Of a stretch of 64,000 nt of DNA, positions 47,099 to 61,187 are shown one piece after another (positions within the stretch are counted from its first letter, which is position 1; every line of letters starts with the position of its first letter). A program made the position numbers and the translations under genes. A model generated the notes under the pieces. It was not told where the DNA came from and made no database searches. It was given only the letters and a program-made list of their open reading frames with translations. The stretch covers positions 35,092,001 through 35,156,000 of the forward strand of contig NC_083287.1 of assembly GCF_963506605.1 (NCBI RefSeq), in the 5' to 3' direction. The DNA comes from Zootoca vivipara (lineage: Eukaryota).

Positions 47099-50000
47099 TA
47101 TTGGCGTACGTTTAAACAATAAGATCATAAAATCATACAAAGTAATCCAAATACCGTATTTTTCCGTATATAACACGCCCCCGTGTATAAAACTACCCCT
47201 ATATTTTGGGACTCAAAATTGAGAAAATGGGGGGAGGTTGCCCAGAGTTGTTGAGCTTTTTTGGGGGGGGGGATTGCCGACAATCTTCGTAGTATCTATG
47301 TAGATTTGTTTTACTGGGTGCTCTAATAAACATCATGAGTGGACCCAAGTGAAGCCTGCTCACTGACGACCTGCTCTGCTGGCCCCGCCTCCATCAATGC
47401 TGCCGATTGGGTAATTTAAATTGAGGTTTGGTGGGAGCCCCCAATGGCTGCAGCATTAGAGAGGCAGGCCAGCACAACCAGCTGGTAAGTCCCACGAGGC
47501 TTGGGGGTGCTGCGCGTGGTCCCACAAAGGGTGCCCACAGTCAGAGGAGTGAGCATTCATTGTTGAATAAATACGTTATTTCAAGTATCTAATCCTGCAC
47601 CTAGGTGAATTGTTAATGTGACCCTTAAAGAAAACAGTATACTAGATCAGGATGGAGCTAACTTTTTCATTTCAAGGGCCACATTCACATCTGATAAGCC
47701 TTCCAGGGGCCACATGCCAGTGGTGACTGGCCGGAGCCAACAGGAGGATGCAAAGCCAGGCTGGTGAGTGGTGTGTTTTGGGAGGGTGTGTGGCCTGTGG
47801 TTAGTCCAGGAAGTCAGAAAAGAGAACTGGAGGGTTGAATCTGGCCCCAGGTCTGAGGTTTCCCATTCTTGCCCTAGAGCTTTTGTGCCTGGAATCTCAT
47901 TCTCATCCATAAGTTTTCACCTTTGGCATAGTCTCCTCTAGCAATACCCTGTAACCATCCCAGACAGTTAACCTCCTAATTTTGTCCTGAAAGCACACCT
48001 CCACTTAACACATATTTCAGGACTGACTTATAAATTTCACCTTTGCAACTTGGTAGTCACTAGGGGAAAATGCTTCTATGTAGCTAGAACTCTTTATTGC
48101 AGCAGCTACTGTCAATCGTGGGGTGTGGCTAGACTGTGTGTTTAGATTCCATGCTGGTGCCAGTGAAAGTTGGTACAGGAAGCAACTGCGCAACTCAGGA
48201 GGAACACTGGGTTGCCGCTTGCATACTTTATCTCTGCAATGTGTAATCCTGACCACAAAGCAATGGTTTTTCAATGACTACCAGCTTCTATGTGGAATCT
48301 GCTCATTGTGAAATTACATCAGAAATGACTTGACCCATACAGCTCAGATTCATGCGCAGATCAGAATTTTGCGATCCAATATTCTTCATGTGTTGCAGCA
48401 CAGTACTCAGGAGTTTAAAGTTAACAAAATATGTTTTTAAATACATATTTTGAATGGTGTTTTTTAAAAATAAAAAAACCAGAAACAGAACAGGGTTATG
48501 GATTAACAAGCACACACCAATGAAGGAGATTATAAGTCAATACCAGAAAGATACACCCATCTCTAGCTGCCACATTACTAAGACAATGTATGAATCAGGT
48601 CTCATTGAGACTTGATGAGCAGTTGCCCTTTTACTTCAATCCAGGTTCGCTTGCTTGCTTTCTGCTCTTACCTGCTTCCTGACTTCTCCTTCATCTCTAT
48701 AACATCTGGCCCACCCACACTCCTTTGTGAGGTGGTGGGGAGGGCAGAGTGGGGCCAATGTATCAGCATGAGCAATGGGTGGGCTCTATCCGCTATTGTT
48801 AAGAATGGAAATATTTCATCTGTTTACTTCTGCAAAACAACCCAAACCCACAGCCCTGCATTTTTTGGGATCTGCTAATAGGCAGGCTTGTTGTGATCGT
48901 AGCTCATGTGACCTACATGTGCCTATGTTCCTCTCTGGAGTAGGTGCCCACAACACTTCCTCTTTGGTTGCAGAAAGGTCCTACTATTCTAACCCTCAGA
49001 TATCAAAGATGGGAAACTGAAGCCAGATGCTAGCCTAATCATAATAAGACACAGTGACTAGATTTCCCTTTGGGGAGGAAATGATAAAAACACTCAGTAT
49101 TTTTTTAAAAAAAATGATAAAAACATTTTCTTTACTTATCTGCAAAATCAGGAGGTTTGAAAGATGTCCAATAGAAATGCAATGTGCTTTATTATGATTA
49201 TTTGCTTGAATCCAAATATGGAATAGCTGAATGAAAATTTTCAAATGCTTACTGGATGGGTGACACCAAAATAAGTGTTTGTTGGGAATGGATTCCTAAT
49301 ACAGAAGCATTTTTCCCTTAAATCAGCTTGATGCTTTTTCTTGTATTTTTTTTTTTGAAAGCAGAGGGAGACATATGATTTTGTCGCTGTTAAAAATAGA
49401 AGGGAATTTACAAAAAAAAATTGCAATGAAGCGGGAGCTGGTGTTTCAAAAGATACAAACAGAGACACAAAACTGTAACAAAAAACCTGAAGGCATACAT
49501 CTCCCAGTGAACTTTCGTACATTCCAGGAGTTGTATTGCACAGCAAAAGAAAATTACAAAGGTCCCAAAGCAAAGGAACATTTGGCTCTGAAATGTTTTG
49601 GTGGCCCTTGTACAGACAAACAAACAGCTGTACTTAGGATATGACTCCAGAGAATTGATTACATGCACCAATTTGGTCACAGCTACTTGTAAAGCATTTT
49701 GGGAAACCATATATTTTTTTGGGGGGGGGAACTATGAGAAAAAAGAGGGAGAGATCTGGTTTCTTTTTATATATAGCTGACAAAGGTCTTGGAGTTCCCT
49801 CAGAAAGTACATTTACCGACCCAAGTCATAGTTGCTTGGAAACGATACAACAAATAAGAAGCATGCAGTCTGGTGGTGACCACATCTTCCTTGGGCCGGC
49901 TTCCTTATAACTTCAGACTGAGTGCAAAATTGTCATTTAGAAAGACCATGGGCCTATCAAAATAAACCACCACTGGAATAAGAATGCTTCAAGATGAATT

Positions 50001-50654
50001 TGCGTACGTTTGATGGCTGTGGTCCTTAGCTATGTGGACCTGCATTGATTCCTCTTGGTTGACTTACTTACGGCTGTAGCATATCAGCACATCTTCCTGT
50101 TTCTTTCCCTGCCCTCAGACCAATGCTGCCCCAAGACATTTTGCTACATAAGCTACAACAGCAATGTTTCCTCCTAGTCAACATGCCAAGTTGTTTCAGC
50201 ATCTGAGGCAGATAATCCCAAAAGCACCTCCTCCCTGACATGACAATAAGTATACGACAACAAGTTAAGCAAACTACATATCAAGTTGCTGCCTTTGTAG
50301 GCAGCAGTGATGCAGAGACATTCAGTTTGCCAATTTTCTACAGCAGGTGTGAGGGACTCCCTACTATGCCTGGCCACAATTGCTGGGGCTGATGGGAGTT
50401 GTAGTTCAGCAGCTTCTGGAGGACCTAAAGCTCTCCACATCTGTGCTACAGCCATGTGTACATTGAGAAAAGAGTTGAAAAAGTGTTCACAGCCCTGTGA
50501 CTTTCTATTTGATATACAGTATGCCTCTCTTGTTCCAAACTCACCTATGGTTGCCGCAGGAACTTAAAAATGAAAGCAAGCTAAATCAAAAGTTGTCAAA
50601 TGCTCACATGGAGGTCATTTATGAAACCATTATGGCAAAGGCTAAAATTAAATA

Positions 50655-51051
50655 CAGGTGAAACTCGGAAAATTATAATATCGTCGAAAAGTGCATTTAT
50701 TTCAGTAATGCAACTTATTATTTTTTATTTTTCTTTTAATTTTTACAAATGCTTTCTTTTGGAAATTCCAAGTAATAAAACAAATAGTTACAATAATACA
50801 AAGATAAACAAAAATAAACATCGCTATTACATTTCATTAATTACATTCCATTTACAGTGGTACCTTGGTTTAAGTACACAATTGGTTCTGAGAGCCTAAC
50901 GACAAATAATTACAATTACAACAAATAAAGGCTTGGCATATCTTGCTTTGCATGTCATGCATCTATCACATATATTGGTTTCACCTTTTAAGTTGCATTA
51001 CTGAAATAAATGCACTTTTCGACGATATTCTAATTTCCCGAGTTTCACCTG
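50655..51051. mobile_element. Tc1-like non-autonomous element with ~60-bp TIRs and nested fragments
   Basis: ta|caggtgaaactcggaaaatta...gcaactt and aagttgc...cccgagtttcacctg|ta; contains a second MITE end (tacagtggtaccttggttt, ~50853). Confidence 0.85.
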
Positions 51052-53288
51052 TACATGCTGCAGATTAGAAAAGGCATGGACAGATTCAAAAGAATGCCGG
51101 GGGGGGGGGGGCAAACTAGAACCAAGACAAAAGGTTCATTTTTTTTTTTTGAAAGGGCAAGATAACTTTCTTTGAAATTTTGTTCTGCATCTTTCACATC
51201 AAGGAAAGAAGGCTAGGCAAGGCTCTCTCTCCAGCTTCTCACTGGAATGCTTTGGGAGCATTGCATCATGTCTCTTCCAAGGCATTCCGGGAAGTGCAAC
51301 AATTCTAGTGAAAATTCTCCACCTCCTCACAAGGAAGCAGAAGAAAATCAGCCCCCATTTTTACATGGGGAGAATACTTTTTTGGAAACCAGGCAGGGGA
51401 TTTTTTTGCCTACCCCTGGTTAAAATGGCAGAATCAATGAGGCTGGACAAGACAACTCGCTTTAAAAGAAAGTCAAAACCTTGCCCGATTTAAAAATGCA
51501 AACACAATGCAAACTAAACAAAAAATGAACATTAAGTAAGGGAAGAAGGCATTTGAAGAGCAATCTCTCTTCCTTTCACCCTTTCACCCCCTTGTGCTTA
51601 CTGGAGGCAGCCAAGAATAGCAGCAAACTGCGGGGTGGGCTAAGAAAACAGAGTGGGAGTCCCATTTGGTATTGGCACTGCATGTGAAAAGTAAGGGGGG
51701 GGGAAGGACCCCAAGGAGCACTAAGTAGAGTGTTCTAAGTGGAGCATTAGCACATTATTCCATTCTTGATTTGAATTGCATGGAGAGCTTACTTGGGGTG
51801 GGGGGTGGGGTCTCTACAGTAGTACATTTACAAGACAAAATCAGTTCCAGAACAATTTTAAAGGACTTACATAATTTTTTTGAGCAAACGGTAAACACAG
51901 GGCAAGTTGAAGATCAGGCAGTTGATTGCCTGGGATTTCCTGTCCTTTCCAATAAGCCTGTTACAGCGCCACAGAATGTGAAAGATTGTGGGTGGCCAGA
52001 GAACAAGGGGAAAGCTGCAGCTAAGATTAAATAATTTAGGGGATTTCCACCCCCTCTAAATAATAAGGCGCAGTGCCCACCAACAACTCGAAACTATTTA
52101 GAAGTTTGGGAAAAGAAAAGATAAGCTAACAGTGCAGCCCCTCAAAGGAGGATGATGTCATCTGTCTCCACAGGGGGAAAGAAAAAGGCCCTTTCCCCCT
52201 CTTCCTTTGTCTGGCTCTAGGATGACATCACCTCGCAGTCCTGAGATCTTATTCCTGTTGTTCAGTAACACTTCCCCTGCTGGGTTTCAGCTGAAGAGCT
52301 GTCTTCCTTTTCACAAGTCACTCATTTCTCAGCAACGCTGCTGACCCTCGCTCCCCTGCCTCAAACCCCCCTCCCTCTCAGTTCCTCCTTCCTGCCACTT
52401 CGGATTCTGAACTCCTCAAAAATTCCAGCCAAAGAGAAAGTCCTTTGGGATCTACCAAAGGATTTCAGTCTTTCAGCCTCTGCTGCAGAGGAACCTCCCC
52501 TTCCAAGGCAGAGTAGGAATCCGTACAACTGCACAACCCAAAACAGGGGGCCTCAGTGGCAGATCCCAGCCGCTTCGCAGGGCTGTCAAAAACTGAATTG
52601 TGTGAACTGATTAGGCAGACAAGGCAACTGTGGCTATTTCATTATTTTCCCAGCCCACCCGCCCGCCTCCCTCTCTCCGAATTGATGGACAATGCCACAG
52701 GTTTTCATCCCCCTGCAGTGGTATGCTGTTGTTAAATAGGTCAAGCCACAAAGCCAAACTGATGTACAGCCATGTTTCCTCAAACACACGAGAAGAAAGA
52801 AGAAAGGCAAACATATTTTCCATCAACATGGCTATTAATGCATTGCATTATGAAAAGGTGTGCATGCTGGCTTGGTCAACAGAGTGCATGACATCTCCTG
52901 GTGCACAGGGACACTGGGGCACTAATGGTCCTGGAGTCAACAGTGTGGTATACCAGGTGTGAGGTAATCTGAACAGAAAGTGTGACAGAATCTCCTGGTA
53001 CACATAAACTCAAATTACCACCCTCTTCTAACAAATATTTCTAGAATTTTGAGCAGCGCTGTTGGTGTGTGTGTTAAAAAATAAGGTACTGGTGCTCATG
53101 ACTTGATAAAAGCGCTGTGGGGGCCGGCCCAAAAATGGCTCCCACAGGCAGCAAAACAAAACAAAAAACCAGAGGTGACAATACTCGATGCCAGTCAGCA
53201 CCACCACCACAGAAGAAAGGACTGGTTCTGAGATACGGTAGCACACCATTTTGTGCGAAACGAAATGAGAGAAATTTTGTTAACTTAC

Positions 53289-53448
53289 CATTTACATGCC
53301 ATAACATCTGGAATCCTGTAGATTCGCCTATTTTATCAGAGAAAAACACCACATGAAGGCTGGAGCCTGTTGTGCCTCCAGCTGGGACATCAGCATTGCC
53401 ACAGAATGTGCTTATCAGGCTGGACTGGGCATTGGGTCCATCATAAAG
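53289..53448 (-). CDS. CUBN: CUBN exon (~28), CUB8 C-half: LYDGPNAQSSLISTFCG...FFSDKIGESTGFQMLWHVN
   Basis: tttcag acceptor, G|gtaag donor; 160 nt, phase 0-1. Confidence 0.93.
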
Positions 53449-53883
53449 CTGAAATCAAGCATAAGGAAGTGAAATGGAAATAGATCGCCGACTTGATGCC
53501 AGTTTTTTGAAGCGGACATTTAAAAGCAATAGTGATTGCGTGTCTCAGGTATTAGGCAGGTGTGTTGCAACAAATGTGGCTGGTCTTTTTTTAAAAAAAC
53601 ACTAATCCAGTAGTCTGTCAGGGGCTGAAATGCAGGTGGTTTCCTGATCCCTTGACACCCTGGCCACCTCTGAGTGCTCTATTAGTCTATAGTGCAATAA
53701 GTGACACATGAAATCTATTGGTTAATTTTCTGTTTAGGGAAGAAGTACCTGCAATGTTTGGTCTCCTGAAAAAAACATCAAGAAGTGCCTTGTCAAAATA
53801 ACATCCAAGTAACACCTAGCTCAACTTTTGGCTTCTAATAATCAAATGCCTTTGGAAAGCTCACAACACAAATGCTTTACTCC

Positions 53884-54303
53884 TATAACACCAGTCTTGA
53901 AAGACCTACATTGGCTCCCAGTACGTTTCCGAACACAATTCAAAGTGTTGGTGCTGACCTTTAAAGCCCTAAGGCCTCAGTCCAGTATACCTGAAGGAGT
54001 GTCTCCACCCCCATCGTTCTGCCCGGACACTGAGGTCCAGTACCGAGGGCCTTCTGGCGGTTCCCTCGCTGCGAGAAGCCAAGTTGCAGGGAACTAGGCA
54101 GAGGGCCTTCTTGGTAGTGGCGCCCGCCCTGTGGAACGCCCTCCCATCAGATGTCAAAGAGAAAAACAGCTACCAGATTTTTAGAAGGCATCTGATGGCA
54201 GCCCTGTTTAGGGAGGCTTTTAATCTTTAATCAATTATTTTTTTCTTCTGTTGGAAGCCGCCCAGAGTGTCTGGGGAAACCCAGCCAGATGGGCGGGGTA
54301 TAA

Positions 54304-54347
<44 letters not shown>

Positions 54348-54372
54348 CAACAACAACAACAACAACAACAAC
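53884..54372 (+). mobile_element. L2 3' fragment with (AAT)n(AAC)n tail
   Basis: ITPVLKDLHWLPVRFRTQFKVLVLTFKAL. Confidence 0.88.
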
Positions 54373-54409
54373 TATAGGGAAATCTCAAATATGAATACAC
54401 TGCTTTAAG

Positions 54410-54410
<1 letters not shown>

Positions 54411-54457
<47 letters not shown>

Positions 54458-54811
54458 TTATTATTTATACCCCGCCCATCTGGCCGGGTTCCCCCAGCCA
54501 CTCTGGGCGGCTTCCAAAAAAACAGAAATTCTAAAATACAGAAATCCATCAAACATTAAAAGCTTCCCTAAAAAGGGCTGCCTTGAGATGCCTTCTAAAG
54601 GTCTGGTAATTGTTCTCTTTGACCTCTAGTGGGAGGGCATTCCACAGGGTGGGTGCCACTACCGAGAAGGCCCTCTGCCTGGTTCCCTGTAACTTGGCTT
54701 CTCGTAATGAGGGAACCGCCAGAAGGCCCTCGGAGCTGGACCTCAGTGTCCGGGCAGAACGATGGGGGTGGAGACGCTCCTTCAGGTATACCGGACCGAG
54801 GCCGTTTAGGG
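54411..54811 (-). mobile_element. L2 3' fragment, inverted relative to the adjacent copy
   Basis: Reverse complement of the same L2 3' region. Confidence 0.88.
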
Positions 54812-56732
54812 GGGGGCGGAGTGTAAGAAAATCAACAAGGTTTTGTTGCTGTTTCTTAAATGGAAAGTTCAGTGCACCCTGACTTCTATTTTAAGCATAT
54901 AATTTTACAGCATTATTTACCGGCACAATGAGAAGCAGGAATTTAACTCTGTATTTGTAAATATTTGTACTTGAAGTCTGGAGAAGCATTCACCTTCTAT
55001 TGTGATTGTGCCCTACAGTGGTACTCTTTTGATTTTCTGACTCATGGTTCATGGTCATTCTGAGACAGTCCAGCAAAGACTTGCCATAGAAATGATGTTT
55101 GAATACCCCCCATTGCTAAGACATTGGCATGCTCTTTTTCAGAATTTCAATAGAAACTTCTAAGGGGCGGGGGGATGACTATCTTGGAGCATCTATTGTC
55201 AAATAGTCCTCTCCCTGCACAACAAATCACTCCCCCCTTCCTTTTTGTGACCCCCCCCCGTATGGCAGAGCCCTCAGGTAGGTATGGGAAAGGAAATCAA
55301 TTTTGTTCACATTTAATGAACTACCAAATCACACTTTTCAAACCTGCATGCAAACCAAAGCACAATTATGCTTCAAGGTTTGCACGCCTCCAAATTTTGC
55401 AATGCAGTTCCTCAATCAAACAACGTGCACAGAAACACATACATTAGGAGGAAGTATGCATAAAACTGCATATATCTGTGAAAATAACATATAAAATGCA
55501 GCATATTGCGGGAAGGTGCTTGCAAAACAATGTATATTAGTCACAGCTATGTACAAAAATGTTTTTATGAGGAGAAATTAGCACTAAAAATGCTGGTGAA
55601 TTTTCATGAGAGAATTCTACAGTTTAGGGGCTGCTTCAAAAAAATGCCCTCTCTTGGGCTGCCACCGCCAAACTTCTGAGGGCAATAGAACTACCAAGAT
55701 GGCCATCCCTGCTGAAATTAACATCCAATAGAAAGGAAGGAGGTGGTATTTCAAATATTTGGAGTCTACGTTGATTAGAGGTCAACACAAATGTGAACAC
55801 CTTCAATTGGCTGCAGAAATGAACTGCCAACCAGTTGGCAAAGACAACAGAAGTTAGCTGTGGTAAAAAATCCTTGCGGAGGTGGTGAACACCCCCCTTC
55901 GTAATTCTTTCCTAAACTTGATCTCAGACAGCAGAAACTTTGTACTTCTACGCAGTTTCTATCAAAACAAATCAGCCATTTTCAAATAAATAATGGTTGT
56001 CATAGAAACCACTTCACGTCGTACTGCTTCCAATTTGGTTCTCGGAGCGGGGCGGTTTATTCACAGGAAATTCAAATGAAAACGGCGAGACAGCTGTTAA
56101 CTGTTCGAGAGTGAGGCAAGAGCTAGGGTTACAGGCATTTGTAAAGCGGTCCCACTTTCTAAAGGAAAAGAACAGCTGTGCATTTTCGTGAAGAATTTTG
56201 AACATCTCAGGCATAATTCAAGTCCTTCGTAAAGCACAGCCTAGAGCCAACTCAAATGAATTTAGTGCTGCCGTAGAGATATTCGCATCATTTCTATATC
56301 TTGCCTTGAGGTCTCCAGACGGGCCTTTTTATTTATGGCTTCCATCAGAGGCCGCCAACCTTTTTAAGCCCGTGGGCACATTTAGAATTTAGAGTGAGTG
56401 CTGTGGGCTCTATACACACTTTATTTCCCCAAGGGATTTGGGTAAATAGAATCCAGTATAATTAATCCGAGCCTTGAAAAGTATGCAGAACTGAAAGAGG
56501 AAATGGGAAAGAGTCTCTTTTCCACATTCTTTCTTCAGCTCTGTGGTCTCGTCAAGAGAGGGAAAGAGAACCACACCCAACACCTCATGACCATGGGGGC
56601 AGTGAGTAGGGAGATGGGGGTCTCTGAGAATTCATGAGTGCCAGGGGAAGAGCTCAAGGACACCATTGCACACATGAACATCATGATAGTGACTGCTGGC
56701 TTACATCTTAAGAGCAGGAAGAAGCACGGCTA

Positions 56733-56783
<51 letters not shown>

Positions 56784-57590
56784 CCTTCCTTCCACAGGAA
56801 CCCAGGATGGCAAACACACAAATGATAAAACATCTAAAAATAATTCTAATACAGAAAGTCTGGGAAAGATCTCTACTTAAAAGGCTTGAAAGCTATTATT
56901 ATAGTTATAATTCAACACATGGTTATTACATAGTTGCATTTGTATCCCCCTCCCTTTTCCCGAAAAGACCTTGAAGAAAAGACCAGAGATTTGCATTAAA
57001 AAAACATAATGAATGGCACATTTCACACTTGCTTTTTGTGTGCTATTATATGTTATTTTCATTAATATATGTACTTTCCCACACACTTTAGCCAAGTATA
57101 TGCGTTTCGGTCCACACTCCTTGACTGGAGAATAATTGTATTGCAAAATTCGGAGAAGTGTGAATTTTGAAGAATGGCAGTATTTGGGCATATTTGGCCT
57201 TGCTCCACATGGCAACTCACCAAACAGGCACTCCAGGGGTTAGCAAAAAGCAGTAATAAGTCCAGCTGCTGCTTTATACCCATACATAAATATATCCTTA
57301 TCTTGGGAGATGCTCAGCTAGAGGAAATGAATATAATGGCTCAATGCCCGACAGAGACTTTGGTACAGATGGGCAACCCCAACTGGAGAATGTGAGAGCA
57401 TAAAGAGGAAGCAGTTGATTAAAAAACACACCATGATTGAGTCACCATCCTTCTCATCTTCCAACTATTGCTAAATGACTTACACCAGGGCTGGGGAATC
57501 TGCGGCCCTCCAGATGTTGCTGGAGGGCGTGTTTCATAACTGAACGAAACACACAAGGACAGCTAAACAGAGGGGAGGCCCATAAGATCA

Positions 57591-57838
57591 TTGAGATCCA
57601 GCGCTGAGGGCCTTCTGGCGGCTCCCTCATTGCGAGAAGTGAGGTTACAGGGAACCAGACAGAGGGCCTTCTTGGTACTGGCGCCCGGCCTGTGGAACGC
57701 CCTCCCATGTCAAGGAAATAAGCAGCTATCCTATTTTTTAAAGTTTTTAATATTTAATGCTGTATTGTTTTTAACACTCAATTGGGAGCCACCCAGAGTG
57801 GCTGGGGAAACTCAGCCAGATGGGCAGGGTATAAATAA

Positions 57839-57898
<60 letters not shown>
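57591..57898 (+). mobile_element. L2 3' fragment with (TTA)n tail
   Basis: LRSSAEGLLAAPSLREVRLQGTRQRAF..APGLWNALP. Confidence 0.85.
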
Positions 57899-57899
<1 letters not shown>

Positions 57900-58827
57900 T
57901 AGGCATCTAGCTGCATCACCTGCAACAGCAACAGCTATTCCTCCAGCTTGCCATTTGAAATTTGCAGATTTAGCCTTCCTCTTTGTTTCTTCAGCAGCCT
58001 CCAGCAGAGTCTACTTCTCAGACGGACTTATTTTTCATTTCATAAATATCTTAGGAATATTTATGATCAACAGGCATTCTTTGGCTCACTGACTATTTTC
58101 ACAGAGGGGTGAATAACAAAGCTATTAAATTCTGCTAATCCTTAGCAAATATAACAGAGCTGATATTGATCTGCTAGGCAGGCTAAAGGTCATTATGCAG
58201 CCAAGCCAAGGATGTTGTTTTGCGAACTGCACTGGCACAACCCTGTGCCCATTCAAAACCATCCCGCAGGAAATACCACAGATTGCCTTCTCATAGTTTC
58301 AGAAGGAAAGCTGCATTTTTAAGCAGTGAAGTTTCCCCCCTTCAAAGTGAAAAGGAATTTGTGAATAATTCACTCGTTCCAAACACTTGACCTCTCCAGT
58401 TTTGCTTCACATCACTTTGGTTTTAAAACATACTTTATATCTCAAAGAGAATGAATCATATCTAGAGCCTCCCATTTCCCATAGATATTTCTGGGAATTC
58501 CATAAACAGAAGAGGAGCACAGTAGCTATCTCCTGCTTGTGATTCCCATGACTAGAAATCAGAGGCCCAAGATATCTGATCCTTGAGTTAAAGTGTGCAT
58601 AAACATGGATATATTTGTAACAATAATATACAACAGGGCATTATCCTAGCGGGAAATGCTTCACAATAATGCATACAAACCTGTGTATATTAGGGGAAAT
58701 TTGCACTAAAATGTTGGTGAATATTTATGAGGACTTTTGCAAACTGGTGTAGGAATACAGAATACTGAACGTAAGCCTGGAAGAATGAGAAAATGAAACT
58801 GACAGATTTGCTCATTCCTAATGGCCA

Positions 58828-59091
58828 CTGGAAGGACAGATCCTGAAGCTGAGGCTCCAATACTTTGGTCACCTCATGAGAAGAGAAGACTCCCTGGAAA
58901 AGACCCTGATTCTAGGAAAGACTGAGGGCACAAGGAGAAGGGGATGACAGAGGATGAGATGGTTGGACAGTGTTCTCGAAGCTACCAACATGAGTTTGAC
59001 CAAACTGTGGAAGACAGGAGTGCCTGGCGTGCTCTGGTCCATGGGGCCACGAAGATCGGACATGACTAAACGACTAAACAACAACAACAAC
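58828..59091 (+). mobile_element. RTE-BovB 3' fragment
   Basis: LEGQILKLRLQYFGHLMRREDSLEKTLILGK; (AAC)n tail; TSD aatggcca (58820-58827, 59092-59099). Confidence 0.9.
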
Positions 59092-60418
59092 AATGGCCAA
59101 TAGGATTGGTAGCCTTATACTTCAGGAATTGATCCAATTCCCTTTTAAAGTCGTCTGAGTCAGCAGCCATCACTGTATCTTGTGGGAGCGAATCCCACAG
59201 TTCAATTGGATTAAGCAGTGATAAAAATGGCTGAGCCACAGTTTACAAGCATGCAAGGATTCCAAGTGTATTAGAGAGGTTAATGCAAGCTTCCTTTATG
59301 GCTCCTCCATGGACAGATGTATGCTGGTGATACATCTGAAAACAAAACAAAATCTTTCTCTCTCTGCTGGCTTTCATTGACTACCAGACAGCTTTTTAAC
59401 AGTGGAAGGGACTCTCTCAGAAAGTGGTGGACTTTCCTTAACTGGAGGTTTTTAAACAGGGGTTGGACGACCATCTGTCAGGGATTTTTTAACTGTGTTT
59501 GCTGCACTGCAGTGGATTGGACTAGATGGCTTTTGGGCGACCCTTCCACCTTGGCAGTTCTATGGTTCTAAGTGAGACTACGGCACATGAAACCAGGAAT
59601 ACCAAACCTATGAACATTCCCATGTTTCTACTGAATATTCCATCCGAATTAACTGCATGCTTGTTACACCCGCTAGCATTTTTGCTACATGCAATAGCTA
59701 GTATAGCTTGGTTGGTAGAGCACGGCCATGGGTTTGAGCCCCACGCTGGGCCAAAGATCCCTGCATTGTAAGGGGTTGGACAACTCTACGATTCTATGAT
59801 TCTGCAAGCCATTGAAGCATGAAGCCTCTTATTTCAAAGGCTCACAATACATCAGGACATTTGTTAAAAAACAACACACAACCAAAACCAAAATGGGAGC
59901 AACTGAATTAGCTACGCTGATACTTCACAGTTGCCCCGTTGTACGTTTTAATCATGCTGCCCTGAAAAGGCAGGGTGTGGCAGCTGAAGAAAAATCGCAA
60001 CTAAAAATAAGCTATTAGTCATTCACTGTGGGGCTTGCATGTCTCAGAGTAAAACCACCCTCATGGAAGCATTTCGAAGTATTTGGAACTCTTAGTCATC
60101 TGAGGTTTGCTGTAATTAGAGACCATCTTTCTCTTGCATCCTTTACATTACTACAGTGATTTTAAGTTCTGCTTTCAGATTGCCAGGTAGAAAATTTCTT
60201 AACCATGTCAGGGTCAGATGCATAAGCACTGGTCTCCCTCCTCAACATTTTGAGGTCCATGGGCACAAATGGGGCTGGGTGAATATGCCACATTCAGTTT
60301 CTCCCAGCTTCTCATTGTGCCAATTTGAAATTCAGTTTTCCACATTCCCACATCAGTTTGTGATTGAGGGGAAAACACACACACACCAGAATTCTCATTC
60401 GAGTTTCTTCCTCTATAC

Positions 60419-60554
60419 CAGGCTTCTTCAACCTCAGTCCTCCAGATGTTTTGAGACTACAATTCCCAGCATCCCAGACAACTGGTCCTGCTAGCTAGGG
60501 ATCATGGGAGTTGTAGGCCAAAAACATCTGGAGAGCCGTGGTTGAGGAAGCCTG
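60419..60554. mobile_element. hAT MITE, same family as 11830-11965
   Basis: TIR caggcttcttcaacc / ggttgaggaagcctg; TSD ctctatac/ttctatac. Confidence 0.85.
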
Positions 60555-60705
60555 TTCTATACACATTCTTCTCTGCAATTTTACCTAATATACACATTTT
60601 TGCACAGCATTTCCCCCCAATACGTGTTTTTGTGTATTGTATCCATGTATATATGCATTTACACAACACTTCACCCCAGCATATGCTTTTTTGTACACAT
60701 TACAA

Positions 60706-61187
60706 AAATGCAAAGATCACCAGGGTCAAAGCAATGATTCTTAAACATCAACTTCGTTGGACTAGTCATGTTGTTCGGATGCCTGATTATGGTCTTCCAA
60801 AGCAAGTACTCTATTCCGAACTTAAAAATGGAAAGATAATGCAACAAAAGAGGTTTAAAGACTGTCTCAAGGCAAATCTATAAAAATGTAGTATAAACAC
60901 CGACAACTGGGAAACACTGGCCTGCAAGCGCTCCAATTGGAGAACAGCCTTTCCCAAAGGTGTTATGGGCTCGAACTCAGGACAAAAGGGAGAAACATAC
61001 TAAGAGGAAGGCATGCTTAGCAAACCCTCACCATGATCAACTCCCATCCAGAAACCTATGTCCCCACTGTAGAAGGACGTGTGGATCCAGAATTGGCCTC
61101 CACAGTCACTTACAGACTCACTGTTAAAACTGTGTTTATGGAAGACAATCTTACTTGGCTATGAGTGATCGCCAAAGAAGAAGAAGA
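60706..61187 (+). mobile_element. RTE-clade LINE 3' fragment (not BovB)
   Basis: HQLRWTSHVVRMPDYGLPKQVLYSELKNG...KRFKDCLKANL; terminal CPHC...H..TH zinc-finger remnant; (GAA)n tail. Confidence 0.85.
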
